Origin: Candidatus Hydrogenedentota bacterium
GTDB taxonomy: Bacteria > Hydrogenedentota > Hydrogenedentia > Hydrogenedentales > SLHB01
Reading direction: 5' to 3'
Assembly (NCBI GenBank): GCA_963745075.1
Contig: CAVUWV010000010.1
Location: 320,001-384,000, forward strand
DNA length: 64,000 bases
The notes under the pieces were generated by a model. The model did no database searches, was not told the DNA's origin, and was given only the letters and a program-made list of their open reading frames with translations. The translations under genes were made by a program, and so were the position numbers. Within the stretch, counting starts at the first letter, position 1. Each line of letters opens with the position of its first letter. Below, piece after piece: positions 53,502 through 63,169 of this stretch.

Positions 53502-53657
53502 GTGAAACGCACCAAGAACCTGACAAAACCCAAGCTGTTTATCCGCGATCTCGAGCGCCCCGCGCCCGCCAAAGGCAAAGCCACCACCCTCGCCGTCGGT
53601 GAGGAAGCGTGGTGGAAGGGTGGCGTCACGACTCTCGCCCTGGGTGAAGAGGCCTGA
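53502..53657 (+). CDS. Graspetide (omega-ester peptide) precursor, plesiocin type, two cores
   Basis: GGAG RBS plus GTG start; MKRTKNLTKPKLFIRDLERPAPAKGKA-TTLAVGEE-AWWKGGV-TTLALGEE-A. Confidence 0.9.
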   Translation: MKRTKNLTKPKLFIRDLERPAPAKGKATTLAVGEEAWWKGGVTTLALGEEA

Positions 53658-54600
53658 GTCCGCGAACCACGCCCAAACGCGGCTGGGTCGCCATCTTCGG
53701 CGCAAAGAACGACCCGCAGGTGCGCCGTGTTTCCCGCGCGTTGCGCGAACGGGGCGGAAGTGTTTTCTTGTGCGACAGTGTCGCCTTTCCGGAGACTGTA
53801 CGGGTTTCCTTTGACGAAGACCGCGTCCGGGTCCATGGGAAACCGGTGCCGGAACCCATGCGTTCGGCGTACGTGCGCACGCTGGGCACCAGCTACCGCC
53901 TGCCGAATCTCGCAAAGGAATTGAAAGCCCGCCCCCACGGATTGCTGGCCCAGCTCGACGAATGCGGCGCCATGATGGCATCCATGGCCTGCACCCTCCG
54001 CGAGCGGGGCGTTCCGTTGGTCAACGACCTCGACGTCAACGCCCAACACGGGCGCAAGCCCTATCAGTTGCGCCTCCTCCGCGATGCCGGTCTCCCCGTG
54101 CCGCGCTACCTCGCCAGCAACGATCCCAAAGCGGTCCGCACCTTCGTCCGCCGCGTGAAACGCGCCGTGTACAAACCCATGGCAGGCGGCGCAACCGTCC
54201 GCGAAGTCAAGCCGGAAGACCTCTCCGACGATCGGTTGGACGCCCTGGCCTACGCCCCCGTCCTGTTCCAGGAGCTGATCGAAGGGATGTTCCGTCCGCG
54301 TCTACGTCGTCGGCGGGAAAGCTGTCGCCGCCGGCGAGTATCCACTCCACCGAACTCGACTACCGCCGCGCCGAAGACGCCGTGGTCCCCACCCGGCTCA
54401 CTACCGCCGAACGCCGCGCCGCAATTGCCGCCGCCCGCGCCTGCTCCATGCGCTTCAGCGGCGTCGACCTCATCCGCACGAAGGAGGCGTTCCTCGTCCT
54501 CGAATGCAATCCGTCCCCCATGTTTGCCGTCTTCGAAAAAAAGACCGGCGTCGACATAGCCGGCCCCCTCGCAAACTACCTCCTCAACCCTGAAAGCTGA
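53654..54600 (+). CDS. ATP-grasp macrocyclase (PsnB/MvdD/RimK superfamily); two frameshifts near 54290 and 54335
   Basis: 'KPYQLRLLRDAGLPVP', 'YKPMAGGA', 'FQELIEG', 'VRVYVVG' (bridging frame), 'LDYRR', 'FSGVDLI', 'LECNPSPMF'. Confidence 0.88.
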
Positions 54601-54607
54601 TCGCAAT

Positions 54608-54670
54608 TCTTCTTCGTTCTTCGTTCTTCGTTCTTCGTTCTCGTAATCGTAATCGTAATCGTTCTCGTAA
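54608..54670. repeat. (TTCTTCG)n then (CGTAAT)n simple repeats
   Basis: Directly visible, just 3' of the ATP-grasp gene. Confidence 0.8.
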
Positions 54671-54854
54671 CACCCACGATGCCGGGGTCCAATTCTGACT
54701 CGTCGCATTAAACTTCACGAGCGAATTTGCTCCTCTTCAATCTGTGCAATTCGGCGTAACCTGTGGACCAAGAAGAAACACCACCGCGGGTTACCCCACA
54801 GTGGTGTTCAATCCAGCCTCAATCCCCCGAATGCGAGGGAAAACGATGTGCGCT

Positions 54855-55194
54855 TTACTGAGCCGCCGGTTCGCGGACCAACTCGTCCAGCTTTTCTTCG
54901 ACGTTCCTTGGCCTCTTCCGCCGTCGGCAAGGGATCCTGCGTCTCATTGATCACCGGCCAGTCCGCCGCGAGTTCCTGATTCAACGCGATGTAATGCTGC
55001 CACTTCTCCGGCAGATCCTCTTCCGGGTAAATGGCGTGAACCGGGCACTCATCCACGCACGCACCACAATCGATACACTCGTCGGGATCGATTACGAGCA
55101 TGTTAACGCCTTCGTGGAAGCAATCCACCGGACACACCGCCACGCAGTCCGTGTACTTGCACTTGATGCACGGTTCGACAACGATATGGGCCAT
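54855..55194 (-). CDS. fdxA: FdxA-type (7Fe) ferredoxin; probable frameshift near 54903
   Basis: '[18 protein letters not shown]...[21 protein letters not shown]'; an alternative frame ends [15 protein letters not shown]. Confidence 0.9.
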
Positions 55195-55605
55195 CTTTCT
55201 CTCTCCTGTAAGCGAAATCTGCGGCCGAACTTCCCAAGCGGCCACATAGAATGCAACATCGCAGGACCGGGTAAACATTTCGGTGCGGAAGGAGAAAATC
55301 CTACCGGTTCCCCGCCGAAATGAACTCCCGTGTGTACCATTCCGCCCGCCGGTATGTCAAATTCGCAACGCCCAAAATGGCGACGTCTCAACCTCGAACG
55401 TGGTCCTCACCCTACCCTAGCGTACTCGTACCCCGAAACGCAGCGATTCGGCCGCACAAAACGTCTTCGAGTACAAAGTGTCATGAAAGGGGCTTTCGCC
55501 CGAAGAAGAGGAAAATGAGGTTTTCGGCGCCTACAGGCGGGTAGCCGGACGGCAGCGGAGTAGGATGGGAATCACTTTCGGAGCAGTACGAACGGTTCGC
55601 CCGAC

Positions 55606-56337
55606 CTACTCCGCGTTGCGCCCGATAAACCGGTAATACGGCGCCCGCGCGACGGGCAGATAGCGCAGCCGCGCACGGTGTTCGGAGAAGTGCACCGGCG
55701 TGAAGCGATCGAACAAGTACGGCACGTGGTCCGGCGACGGAAACACGTTGTCCATGGGAAACCACGCGGGCCAAAGCGTCCGCGTCAGCCAGGAATGCCG
55801 CCGGTGCCCTTGTGCCGGATACTTCCGCGAAACGTAGAAATCGGTCACCCCGATCAACCCGCCCGGCTTCAGAATTGCCCGGGCCCGGTCGATGGCCGCA
55901 AACCAGTCCGGAATCATCGTGAGCGAATAAGAAAACGTTACAACGTCCACCTGCCCTTCCGCGGGGGTGAAATCCGTCACGTCGCGCTCCAGCACTTCCA
56001 CATTGGCCCACCGGTGTGCCGCCGCCCGTTCCCGGGCCAACGCCAGCAGCGAAGGACAGATATCCACGATGTAAACCTTCCCCAGCCGCGCGAGGTCCGG
56101 GCCGATCCGCTCAATGTTCTTCCCCGTGCCGCCGCCCATATCGGCCCACACCGCGCCGTCTTCCACGGGAAGCTGGGCAAACAGTTCCTTCCGCCCGAGC
56201 AACAGATGCTCGCGAAACCCGTCGTAGCCACGGGCCTGCCCGCGATAGAGACTGTCGAGCCGGTCCGCGTGCGACGAGCCGCGGATGGGCGTCAGCGCCA
56301 TGTGGTACAGGACTTTTAGTTCACTTACGATTGACAT
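55606..56337 (-). CDS. SAM methyltransferase resembling the betaine-lipid (BtaB/BTA1) methyltransferase domain
   Basis: 'HADRLDSLYRGQARGYDGFREHLLLGR', 'WADMGGGTG', 'FSYSLTMIPDW', 'GVTDFYVSRK'. Confidence 0.8.
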   Translation of the reverse strand: MSIVSELKVLYHMALTPIRGSSHADRLDSLYRGQARGYDGFREHLLLGRKELFAQLPVEDGAVWADMGGGTGKNIERIGPDLARLGKVYIVDICPSLLALARERAAAHRWANVEVLERDVTDFTPAEGQVDVVTFSYSLTMIPDWFAAIDRARAILKPGGLIGVTDFYVSRKYPAQGHRRHSWLTRTLWPAWFPMDNVFPSPDHVPYLFDRFTPVHFSEHRARLRYLPVARAPYYRFIGRNAE

Positions 56338-56539
56338 TACACCAGCCTGCAGCGCTATTAAGGACGGCGGGTTTTCCAACCCGCCCTCCTCTTGCAGCCC
56401 ACGGATCTTTTCACGAACGCCTTGCAGGACGCAAGGCATGGCGACACGCACGAAATACGGAGGTCATCGAAAAGGAGCACGAAGAAAGCGCATGGAATCG
56501 CACGTCAATCGCAGATCCGAGATCTCCTCCAGCCGCCTC

Positions 56540-57820
56540 TCAGTACGACTCGCCGTCCAACCCCGCCACAAACGCCCGGTACTCGACAATGGCGTCCTTC
56601 TGCGCCTCGGCACGCGCTGCGTCCACCTCATCGTAGTGTTCTTCGAGAAGCTGGACCACCGTCCCGTCAAGTTCGCCGGACTCGTTCTGCCGCCGCAGGA
56701 TGCCGAGCGTCTTCGCCCGGTCCAGCCCGCGCCGGTACGGCCGATTCTCCGTCAGCGCGGTGAACACGTCGGCCACCGCCATGATCCGCGCGCCGAGCGA
56801 AAGCTCTTTTGCCGTGCGGTGAAAGGGGTAGCCCGTTCCGTTCAAGCGCTCCTGGTGCAAGGCGCTCCAGTCCGTGATCACCTCAAACCCTTCCACTTCC
56901 TCCAGCACCTGATACGTATAGAACGCATGGCAAAGCATGATGTTTCGTTCTTTCTCGTTCAGCCGCCCCGGTTTGTCGATGATCTCAAGCGGAACGGCCA
57001 ACTTGCCGAGGTCGTGCAGATACGCCGCCACCCGCATCGTCTCCCGTTCCTGGTCTGAGAACCCGATGAGGTCCGCCAGGCACACCGCCGACGCCGCGAC
57101 TCCGCTCGAGTGGGTTGCCGTGAATTCGCTTTTGAAATCGATCAACCGGCAGATCAACCGCGAGAAATCGACCAGCCCTTCCAGGTCCAGCTCGATCGAC
57201 TCCTCCCGCAGTTCGCGCCGGAGTATCGAGTCCAGCGATTGGGATACGATCTCCAACCAGAAGTACTCTTTCTCCGCGAGTTGACGGAAGACCTGGACCA
57301 TCTCGGGCTTGAAGAGCCGGCCCGACTCTCGCTCCACGGCCTCGCGAATCTCCTTTACCTGCCCCAACGGCGACTTGTTCCGGTCCACGAGAACCGCAAT
57401 GCGATCCGCGAGATGGAGCAGATGCGCATCCTCCGGCACCGCCTCCCCGTTCCAGCGCGCGCCCTTGCCGTCCGCCCACGGTACGTGGTGAAAGCGCACC
57501 AGCTTCGCGATGCCATGAAACGGCGCAAACGTTTCCAGGAGCCGCGCGCCGACAACCGCGTGCTGATACGGCCGGACATCCTCAAACTCGAGCACGTCCA
57601 ACCGTTCCCGCATGGAAAAACAACCGATGTCATGGAGGGCGCCCGCCAGGGCCAATTGATACTGCGTGTGCCGGGGCCGATCGGATTCGCGCCCCAGGCG
57701 GTACGCGATATAGGCCACGCGGGTGTGGTGCTCCGCGATCCGGGGATTCACCAGATCGACCGTCTTGGCCAGCGACGCGACCAGGTCGAACAGATACACG
57801 CGACTCGGCGAGAAAGACAT
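56540..57820 (-). CDS. HD-GYP phosphodiesterase with tandem HD domains
   Basis: 'LHDIG' and 'LHDLGK'; 'HQERLNGTGYP'; 'VADVFTALTENRPYR'. Confidence 0.92.
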   Translation of the reverse strand: MSFSPSRVYLFDLVASLAKTVDLVNPRIAEHHTRVAYIAYRLGRESDRPRHTQYQLALAGALHDIGCFSMRERLDVLEFEDVRPYQHAVVGARLLETFAPFHGIAKLVRFHHVPWADGKGARWNGEAVPEDAHLLHLADRIAVLVDRNKSPLGQVKEIREAVERESGRLFKPEMVQVFRQLAEKEYFWLEIVSQSLDSILRRELREESIELDLEGLVDFSRLICRLIDFKSEFTATHSSGVAASAVCLADLIGFSDQERETMRVAAYLHDLGKLAVPLEIIDKPGRLNEKERNIMLCHAFYTYQVLEEVEGFEVITDWSALHQERLNGTGYPFHRTAKELSLGARIMAVADVFTALTENRPYRRGLDRAKTLGILRRQNESGELDGTVVQLLEEHYDEVDAARAEAQKDAIVEYRAFVAGLDGESY

Positions 57821-58094
57821 ACTACGCTCCTTCCCACCAGTCACACGGGACCCCTTGCGCCTGCAAAATCATTATACCGGATGAAGGATTGGAGGGGCAT
57901 ATTCCTCAACGCGAAGACGGGAGTGGCCCCACTGGGAGCGCCTGGCTCCAGCCTGCCGACGTTCGGACCGTTTACCGACTGCAATACATCGACGGCAATT
58001 GCTCAGCGTAGATGCATACCCTCCCGTTCACGGGGAGGGTCAGGGGGGTCTTTCCGGCCAATCGTACTCGTGCGTCGTAATCGTAATCGCCAGC

Positions 58095-58676
58095 CTACCG
58101 CGGCCGCACCTGCCCCGCTTCCGCGCAAATGGCGTCGAACAAACGGGAAACCGGCTCGATACCAAAATCCCGAAAATTCTTGGGGTTCTTCCAAAATTCC
58201 TTCAATCGCCCCCGGCCCTCGCGCTCATACATCACGATCTTGACCATCATCTGCGCCTTGTCCAGCCCGCGGACCAGCCGCGCTTCCGGCGTCTGGGGGT
58301 CCAGCAATTCCCGGTGGTACGCCGCGTACTTGGCCGGAAACCCCTCCATCAACCGCTCGATGATCGCTTGCTCCGCGTCATTTTTGGCCTGTTTCAAAAA
58401 CCCGTCGCCGGCCGGCATGGGGATGTCCATCAGCCACGCTTCGGGCAGGTCGTGGATGAGCGCCATGGTGAGGGCACGTTCCCGGTCGAACTGATCCGGA
58501 TACTCCTCCACAAACAGGAGCGTCATGAGCGCCACAAAATGACTGTGCGCCGCAACCGACTCCGGCTCACATACCCCGCGCAAGACATACCCCGCCCGCG
58601 CAATACGGTCCAGGGGATGGATTTGTTCGAAAAGGGCGATCACGCGCCGCTCAAAATCGTCCATCGTATCTTTCAC
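58095..58676 (-). CDS. HD-domain hydrolase (HDDC2/YfbR 5'-deoxynucleotidase-like)
   Basis: 'RAGY', 'ESVAAHS', 'IHDLPE', 'LDK'. Confidence 0.88.
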   Translation of the reverse strand: MKDTMDDFERRVIALFEQIHPLDRIARAGYVLRGVCEPESVAAHSHFVALMTLLFVEEYPDQFDRERALTMALIHDLPEAWLMDIPMPAGDGFLKQAKNDAEQAIIERLMEGFPAKYAAYHRELLDPQTPEARLVRGLDKAQMMVKIVMYEREGRGRLKEFWKNPKNFRDFGIEPVSRLFDAICAEAGQVRPR

Positions 58677-58784
58677 AACCCACGAGCAAGACTCATCGTC
58701 TTTGGAGGTAGCCGTGTGGGACAGCCACGCCGCGGCGTGGCTGTCGTTCTGCAGTCACATACACAGTGCCGCCCCTCGCCCGGC

Positions 58785-60122
58785 TTAGATCAGCGAATCC
58801 CGGAGGCAGTCGTCCCGCATGTTCAGGTATTCGTCCAACATGGCCTCCGCCGACTCGCGGTCCAGCCCGATCATCGTAAGCGGCGTCGCCAGCGCATCGA
58901 GCAGCTCGCCGCTGTCTTCGAGATTCGTTTGCAGCGTGCGCGCCATCTGGGTCCCAATCGCGACGATCGCCACGTTCTCCTTGGCATCCACCGCCAGTTC
59001 CGGCCGGTGATGGAACCGGATCGGCTCTGCAATTTCGATCGGCAATCCCCAGTGCGACGCCAGCAGGTGTCCCGCTTCCATGTGTGACAACCCGAGCAAT
59101 TCCTCTTCCGCTGCAATCAGTTCCTCGCCGTCGAGAGAATGATCGATCTTCGAGTACAGATCCGGCGCGACTTCCGACAGGGCCAGCCGTCCAATGTCGT
59201 GCAGCAACCCACCCGAGAACACGCCGATCTGGCGCTTGCGCCCGCTGGCCTTCGCGATGATCCGCGTCGCCGCCGCGCAGCACATGGATTCCACCCAGAA
59301 CGCACGGTAATCGAAGGCCTTCGACTTGTCGAACACATTCACCACCGCCGCCGAAAGCACGATCGCGTACGTCTCGCGAAGCCCCAGCAACGACACCGCC
59401 AGACCCACGTCGTCCACCCGCTGGGGAAACCCATACGCAGCCGAGTTCGCAACACTCAGGACCTTAGCCGCGATCGGCGGGTCCAACACGATAATATCCG
59501 CCACGTCGCGCACGGAACTCAACGGATCGAGCGTCGCTTCCTGCACGCGCCGCACCGTTTCCGGCAGGGCCGGCAGCATATCGATCTGGCGAATCATAGT
59601 GGCCAGATTCGTCAGCCGGATCGAAGCGCGGATCCCCGTTGCATCGGGAATCTCCGGCGCACCTTTAGCCCCCGCGGGCTTTTCGTCGACAGGAACGGCG
59701 GGATAGTACCGCTGAATCGCGGACCGGATATCCGCCGGCGCGCACAACAACGGTTTGACGCGCAGCCCCGTGCGTTCTTCGATCTTCTGCACGGTCGCGG
59801 AATCGAGGGGACACACCATTCCGACGGTCAAAAGCCGCCCCAACTTATCGATGGGAAATATTTCGTGCTCGACGGCCATCTCGCGTGGGATCAGATCGAT
59901 CAACTCGCGGGGAATGTCGTACTTGGAAAGGTCGATGCTCGCCACGCCGGGCTGGCGCGCGAGGAAGCCGACAAAGGCTTCTGCATCCAGATAGCCCAAC
60001 GCGATCAGCGTTTCCACGATCTTGCCGCCTTTGGCCGCCTGCGTGTTGAGCCCTTCCTGTAACTGATCCTTGTGGATCAGGCCGGCGTCGACCAGCAATT
60101 CGCCGATACGGCGTTTGGCCAT
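58785..60122 (-). CDS. MshEN-HDOD fusion protein
   Basis: 'RIGELLVDAGLIHKDQLQEGLNTQ'; HDOD 'LPALP', 'ANSAAYG', 'LLHDIGRL', 'HWGLP'. Confidence 0.88.
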   Translation of the reverse strand: MAKRRIGELLVDAGLIHKDQLQEGLNTQAAKGGKIVETLIALGYLDAEAFVGFLARQPGVASIDLSKYDIPRELIDLIPREMAVEHEIFPIDKLGRLLTVGMVCPLDSATVQKIEERTGLRVKPLLCAPADIRSAIQRYYPAVPVDEKPAGAKGAPEIPDATGIRASIRLTNLATMIRQIDMLPALPETVRRVQEATLDPLSSVRDVADIIVLDPPIAAKVLSVANSAAYGFPQRVDDVGLAVSLLGLRETYAIVLSAAVVNVFDKSKAFDYRAFWVESMCCAAATRIIAKASGRKRQIGVFSGGLLHDIGRLALSEVAPDLYSKIDHSLDGEELIAAEEELLGLSHMEAGHLLASHWGLPIEIAEPIRFHHRPELAVDAKENVAIVAIGTQMARTLQTNLEDSGELLDALATPLTMIGLDRESAEAMLDEYLNMRDDCLRDSLI

Positions 60123-60401
60123 CGTATCCAGTTGCCGTTGCCCCGCCGCCCGCGCGCGAGAAGGAACGCCCCCGGAGTGCCTATCGTCAGTGCTCGGTGT
60201 CATGTAGTACCTTCCCGTTCACCGGGCGCAAGCGCATATCAAGGCGCAACCCATCCGTAAATGCGCGTGCTATCTACGCATGCCTTCGCAACGAGAGGGA
60301 CGGCCCAGTGTCGCATCATTCTACGGTCGCCCCCGTGCACCGGTCAAGCGCAATGGATTCCGCGTCAATCCGAGCGGCAAGCTGCCCGGCGGCGGAGTCC
60401 G

Positions 60402-62552
60402 CTATTTCCGCAGCGCCACTTCCTTGTCGGCGACCGCACCGAGATCCGCGTAAATCTGTTTTGCCGCGTCGACCCGTTGCAGCAATTCGGGACCTTGCAG
60501 GGCCAGTTGTTTGATCGTCCGGTTGTCGTCCACCTCCCCGGAGTCGTTCCGGGCGATGGCATCCGCGACGATTTGTTCGACCTCGGCCAGGCTGGCTTCG
60601 CGCTTTGCAAGGAGTTCCTGGATTCCGTCAAACTTCCAGAACCGCAGCCCGTCGCGCACGACATAGATCGGCGTCGTGTGGGCCCGCGAACCGTCGCTTC
60701 CGTCGGCGCGCGCCGCGATCCAGAATCCGTTGCCCGGCGGCAGATCGAAGTCCAGCGCCAACTCCGACTGATCGGCGTCAGTCGATTCGGCGGTCTTCAC
60801 CGGCTCCCCGTGGACGATGATATCCAGCTTCACCGGCACGCACCGGTCCGGATCGCCCCAGGCCCGCGCCTTCACCCGTAGCGGCTCGTCGTCCGCCACG
60901 TCGATTTCGTCGCCCGGCATCGCCTTATTCACCGTGAAGTCGAGCATGATTCCGTTCGTCACGAAGGTGTGCCCTTCCCGCACGGCTTCGAACCAGCGGT
61001 CCGCCGTGAACTTCTTCTTCCCGGTATACGCGTAGACCCGCACCTCGCCGATGCTGCCGCCCCACGGCACGTCGGACCCCGCCGATGCCGTAACCTTAAA
61101 ACCCGTGTTCAGAAAGTCGTAGTAAAGGTCCGTCCCCAGGTTCGCGAACTGGAGCAGCTCCACAAAATCGATCTTGTCTTTCGGAATGTTGATGCTCATG
61201 TCGCGGTGAACCTGAAAGATCCCCGAATTCACGTGCGCGTACCCGGACAGACCGCCTTGCCGGTGCACTTCGTCAAACACGGTGTCGTACAAGTAATACC
61301 GATCCGTATTGCGGATCATGTTCTTGATGTTCATCGCCAGCGTGTGACCGAGTTCGTTGTGTGTGCGCGGGCATTCCTGTCCCGGCGAAAGCACGTAGTC
61401 GCCGTCGACCACGCGAAAGTCCTGCCCAAACCCACGCTGCTCGAACCACGTCCGGTAAATGTCGCCCATCTTCACGATGTTCGCGAGGTGCACGTCCTCG
61501 GCTTGCGCCCACGTCATGATCGTTTCCCCGTCCTCATCGCTGAGGATCTGCGTGTGCACATGATCGTCGCCGGAATACCACCCAGACTTGCGCATGTCGA
61601 CCCAACGGCGCGGACGGTACGTCCGTTCCACCGTCTCGTCGGACGTTACGGTAAACGTGTCCCGTACCGGCACGTGCTCCACCCCGCGTAGAACGGTAAT
61701 CGCGTATTCGCCGGGAGCCAGCGCCATATTGAAGGGACCCGGTACGCACCAATACGCGCCCGCAAGTTCGCCGGGATAGTTGGCGCGCCGCGCACCATCC
61801 CAGTTGCCCTGACGATCGAATTGGGGACCGAAATCCAGCGCGTTGCTCGGTTTGATTTCGCGGCCGTCCGTCTTCCACACAATCCGCATCATGGCCGGCG
61901 CGGGTTTCCCCGTGTCGTCGGACAGCACCGTAATCCGTAGCGTTCCGTGATCCGGCGTCTGCGTATGAATCGGAAGAACGGTGGCCGGCCGACCCGCCAC
62001 CGAAAAGTTGAGATACATCAACGTCTTCAACTGAGGTACGCGATTCAACGAAACCAACACCCACGTAACGCAACCCGGTTCAACCTCAACCGGCAACTCG
62101 TAACGGGAGAAGTCGGAGAGATCGTAGTCGATCGTAAGGCATCGCGCCGGACCGTCTCCGCTCGACACGCGAAATAGAAGCGCCCCCGAGTCGCCCGGCA
62201 ACGTTAAGGCCTCCACCGGCAACACGGTCTTCTCGCCGCCAAGGGTAATCTCTTGCGTGGAAGAGCACCCCGCCAGAATCTCCTGCAAATGTTGTGCGGC
62301 GCCGTCCCGTTTGGCCGTGGCCGCCTTCCGCTCGTCGTCGGTCGGCGCGCGCCGCAATTCCTGTTGGGCTTCGCGCAACGTGCGATTGACGTCATCCAGC
62401 GCCGCCTGGTCCGCCTTGGCAAACAAGTAAGGGTGGTAACGCACCAGCGCGCCCGCCATCTCCGCCGCTCCCGGCAGCGTTTGTGCCTCTTGGGCCCCGG
62501 TGGGAAGCAACGTCAGCACCGAAACCAGCAAAAATACGTAGCCCGCTTTCAT
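60402..62552 (-). CDS. Secreted CehA/McbA-family PHP-fold metallohydrolase
   Basis: Signal peptide; 'GWYSGDDHVH', 'GQE', 'AGSD', 'GHTFVTNG', 'AHTTPIYV'. Confidence 0.82.
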   Translation of the reverse strand: MKAGYVFLLVSVLTLLPTGAQEAQTLPGAAEMAGALVRYHPYLFAKADQAALDDVNRTLREAQQELRRAPTDDERKAATAKRDGAAQHLQEILAGCSSTQEITLGGEKTVLPVEALTLPGDSGALLFRVSSGDGPARCLTIDYDLSDFSRYELPVEVEPGCVTWVLVSLNRVPQLKTLMYLNFSVAGRPATVLPIHTQTPDHGTLRITVLSDDTGKPAPAMMRIVWKTDGREIKPSNALDFGPQFDRQGNWDGARRANYPGELAGAYWCVPGPFNMALAPGEYAITVLRGVEHVPVRDTFTVTSDETVERTYRPRRWVDMRKSGWYSGDDHVHTQILSDEDGETIMTWAQAEDVHLANIVKMGDIYRTWFEQRGFGQDFRVVDGDYVLSPGQECPRTHNELGHTLAMNIKNMIRNTDRYYLYDTVFDEVHRQGGLSGYAHVNSGIFQVHRDMSINIPKDKIDFVELLQFANLGTDLYYDFLNTGFKVTASAGSDVPWGGSIGEVRVYAYTGKKKFTADRWFEAVREGHTFVTNGIMLDFTVNKAMPGDEIDVADDEPLRVKARAWGDPDRCVPVKLDIIVHGEPVKTAESTDADQSELALDFDLPPGNGFWIAARADGSDGSRAHTTPIYVVRDGLRFWKFDGIQELLAKREASLAEVEQIVADAIARNDSGEVDDNRTIKQLALQGPELLQRVDAAKQIYADLGAVADKEVALRK

Positions 62553-63169
62553 GATCCCTCTCCCTCCTTAAACGACGCACACGTCGCGTCCAGAACCCGG
62601 ATCGTCTTGGTCAATTTCGAAGGCCGTTTCAGCCCCGGGTTTGCCGCCGCACTCATCACGATCCCGCCTTTGCCGCGCACCGAACTTGCCACCAGCGTCG
62701 GCATGTCGGCCCACAGGCCGTTGTCCAGCACAATCGTGCTGCCCTTGCCAAAGGTCGCCGGCGTGCGGGCAAAGTAAAACAACCGCAGCACGTGCGGATG
62801 CGCCTCCAGGTCTTTGGAATCCAAGAGGTTCAACTCCGGATCGTAAAGCGGCGTCAGTGAACACGGTTTGCCGTCCACCCGCAGCGTCAATTGGGATGCG
62901 GCTCGGTCGAGCACGGTTTTCAGGTACGCCCGACGTTCACCCGAAGACAACGTGTCGTCGCCGTTCGCATCGATGAGCCGCCGCGCTGCCAAAGACATGG
63001 GACTGGTGAACAAAAACTCAACGGTAAGGTCGATATTTGTCGGGCCGACCACGGCCGTGACGCGCTGTTGGAGGTACTTTTCCAGTTCCACGTGGGCGAA
63101 GGCGGTAACCAACGCGCCCGAAAAGCACACGGCAACGAAAAGAAAGGTAGGCGCCCGACGAATCCCCAT
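62549..63169 (-). CDS. Hypothetical secreted protein
   Basis: Signal peptide ending 'AFA-H'; 'DANGDDTLS..E' EF-hand-like loop; ATGA overlap with the next gene. Confidence 0.7.
   Translation of the reverse strand: MGIRRAPTFLFVAVCFSGALVTAFAHVELEKYLQQRVTAVVGPTNIDLTVEFLFTSPMSLAARRLIDANGDDTLSSGERRAYLKTVLDRAASQLTLRVDGKPCSLTPLYDPELNLLDSKDLEAHPHVLRLFYFARTPATFGKGSTIVLDNGLWADMPTLVASSVRGKGGIVMSAAANPGLKRPSKLTKTIRVLDATCASFKEGEGS

Noticed and set aside
54285..54340. Programmed frameshifting in the ATP-grasp gene
   Set aside because: Two successive shifts would be needed, there is no slippery heptamer, and similar indels occur throughout the window.
55200..55600. Riboswitch upstream of the ferredoxin
   Set aside because: Hairpins are present but no aptamer consensus was recognised; an Rfam scan would be needed.
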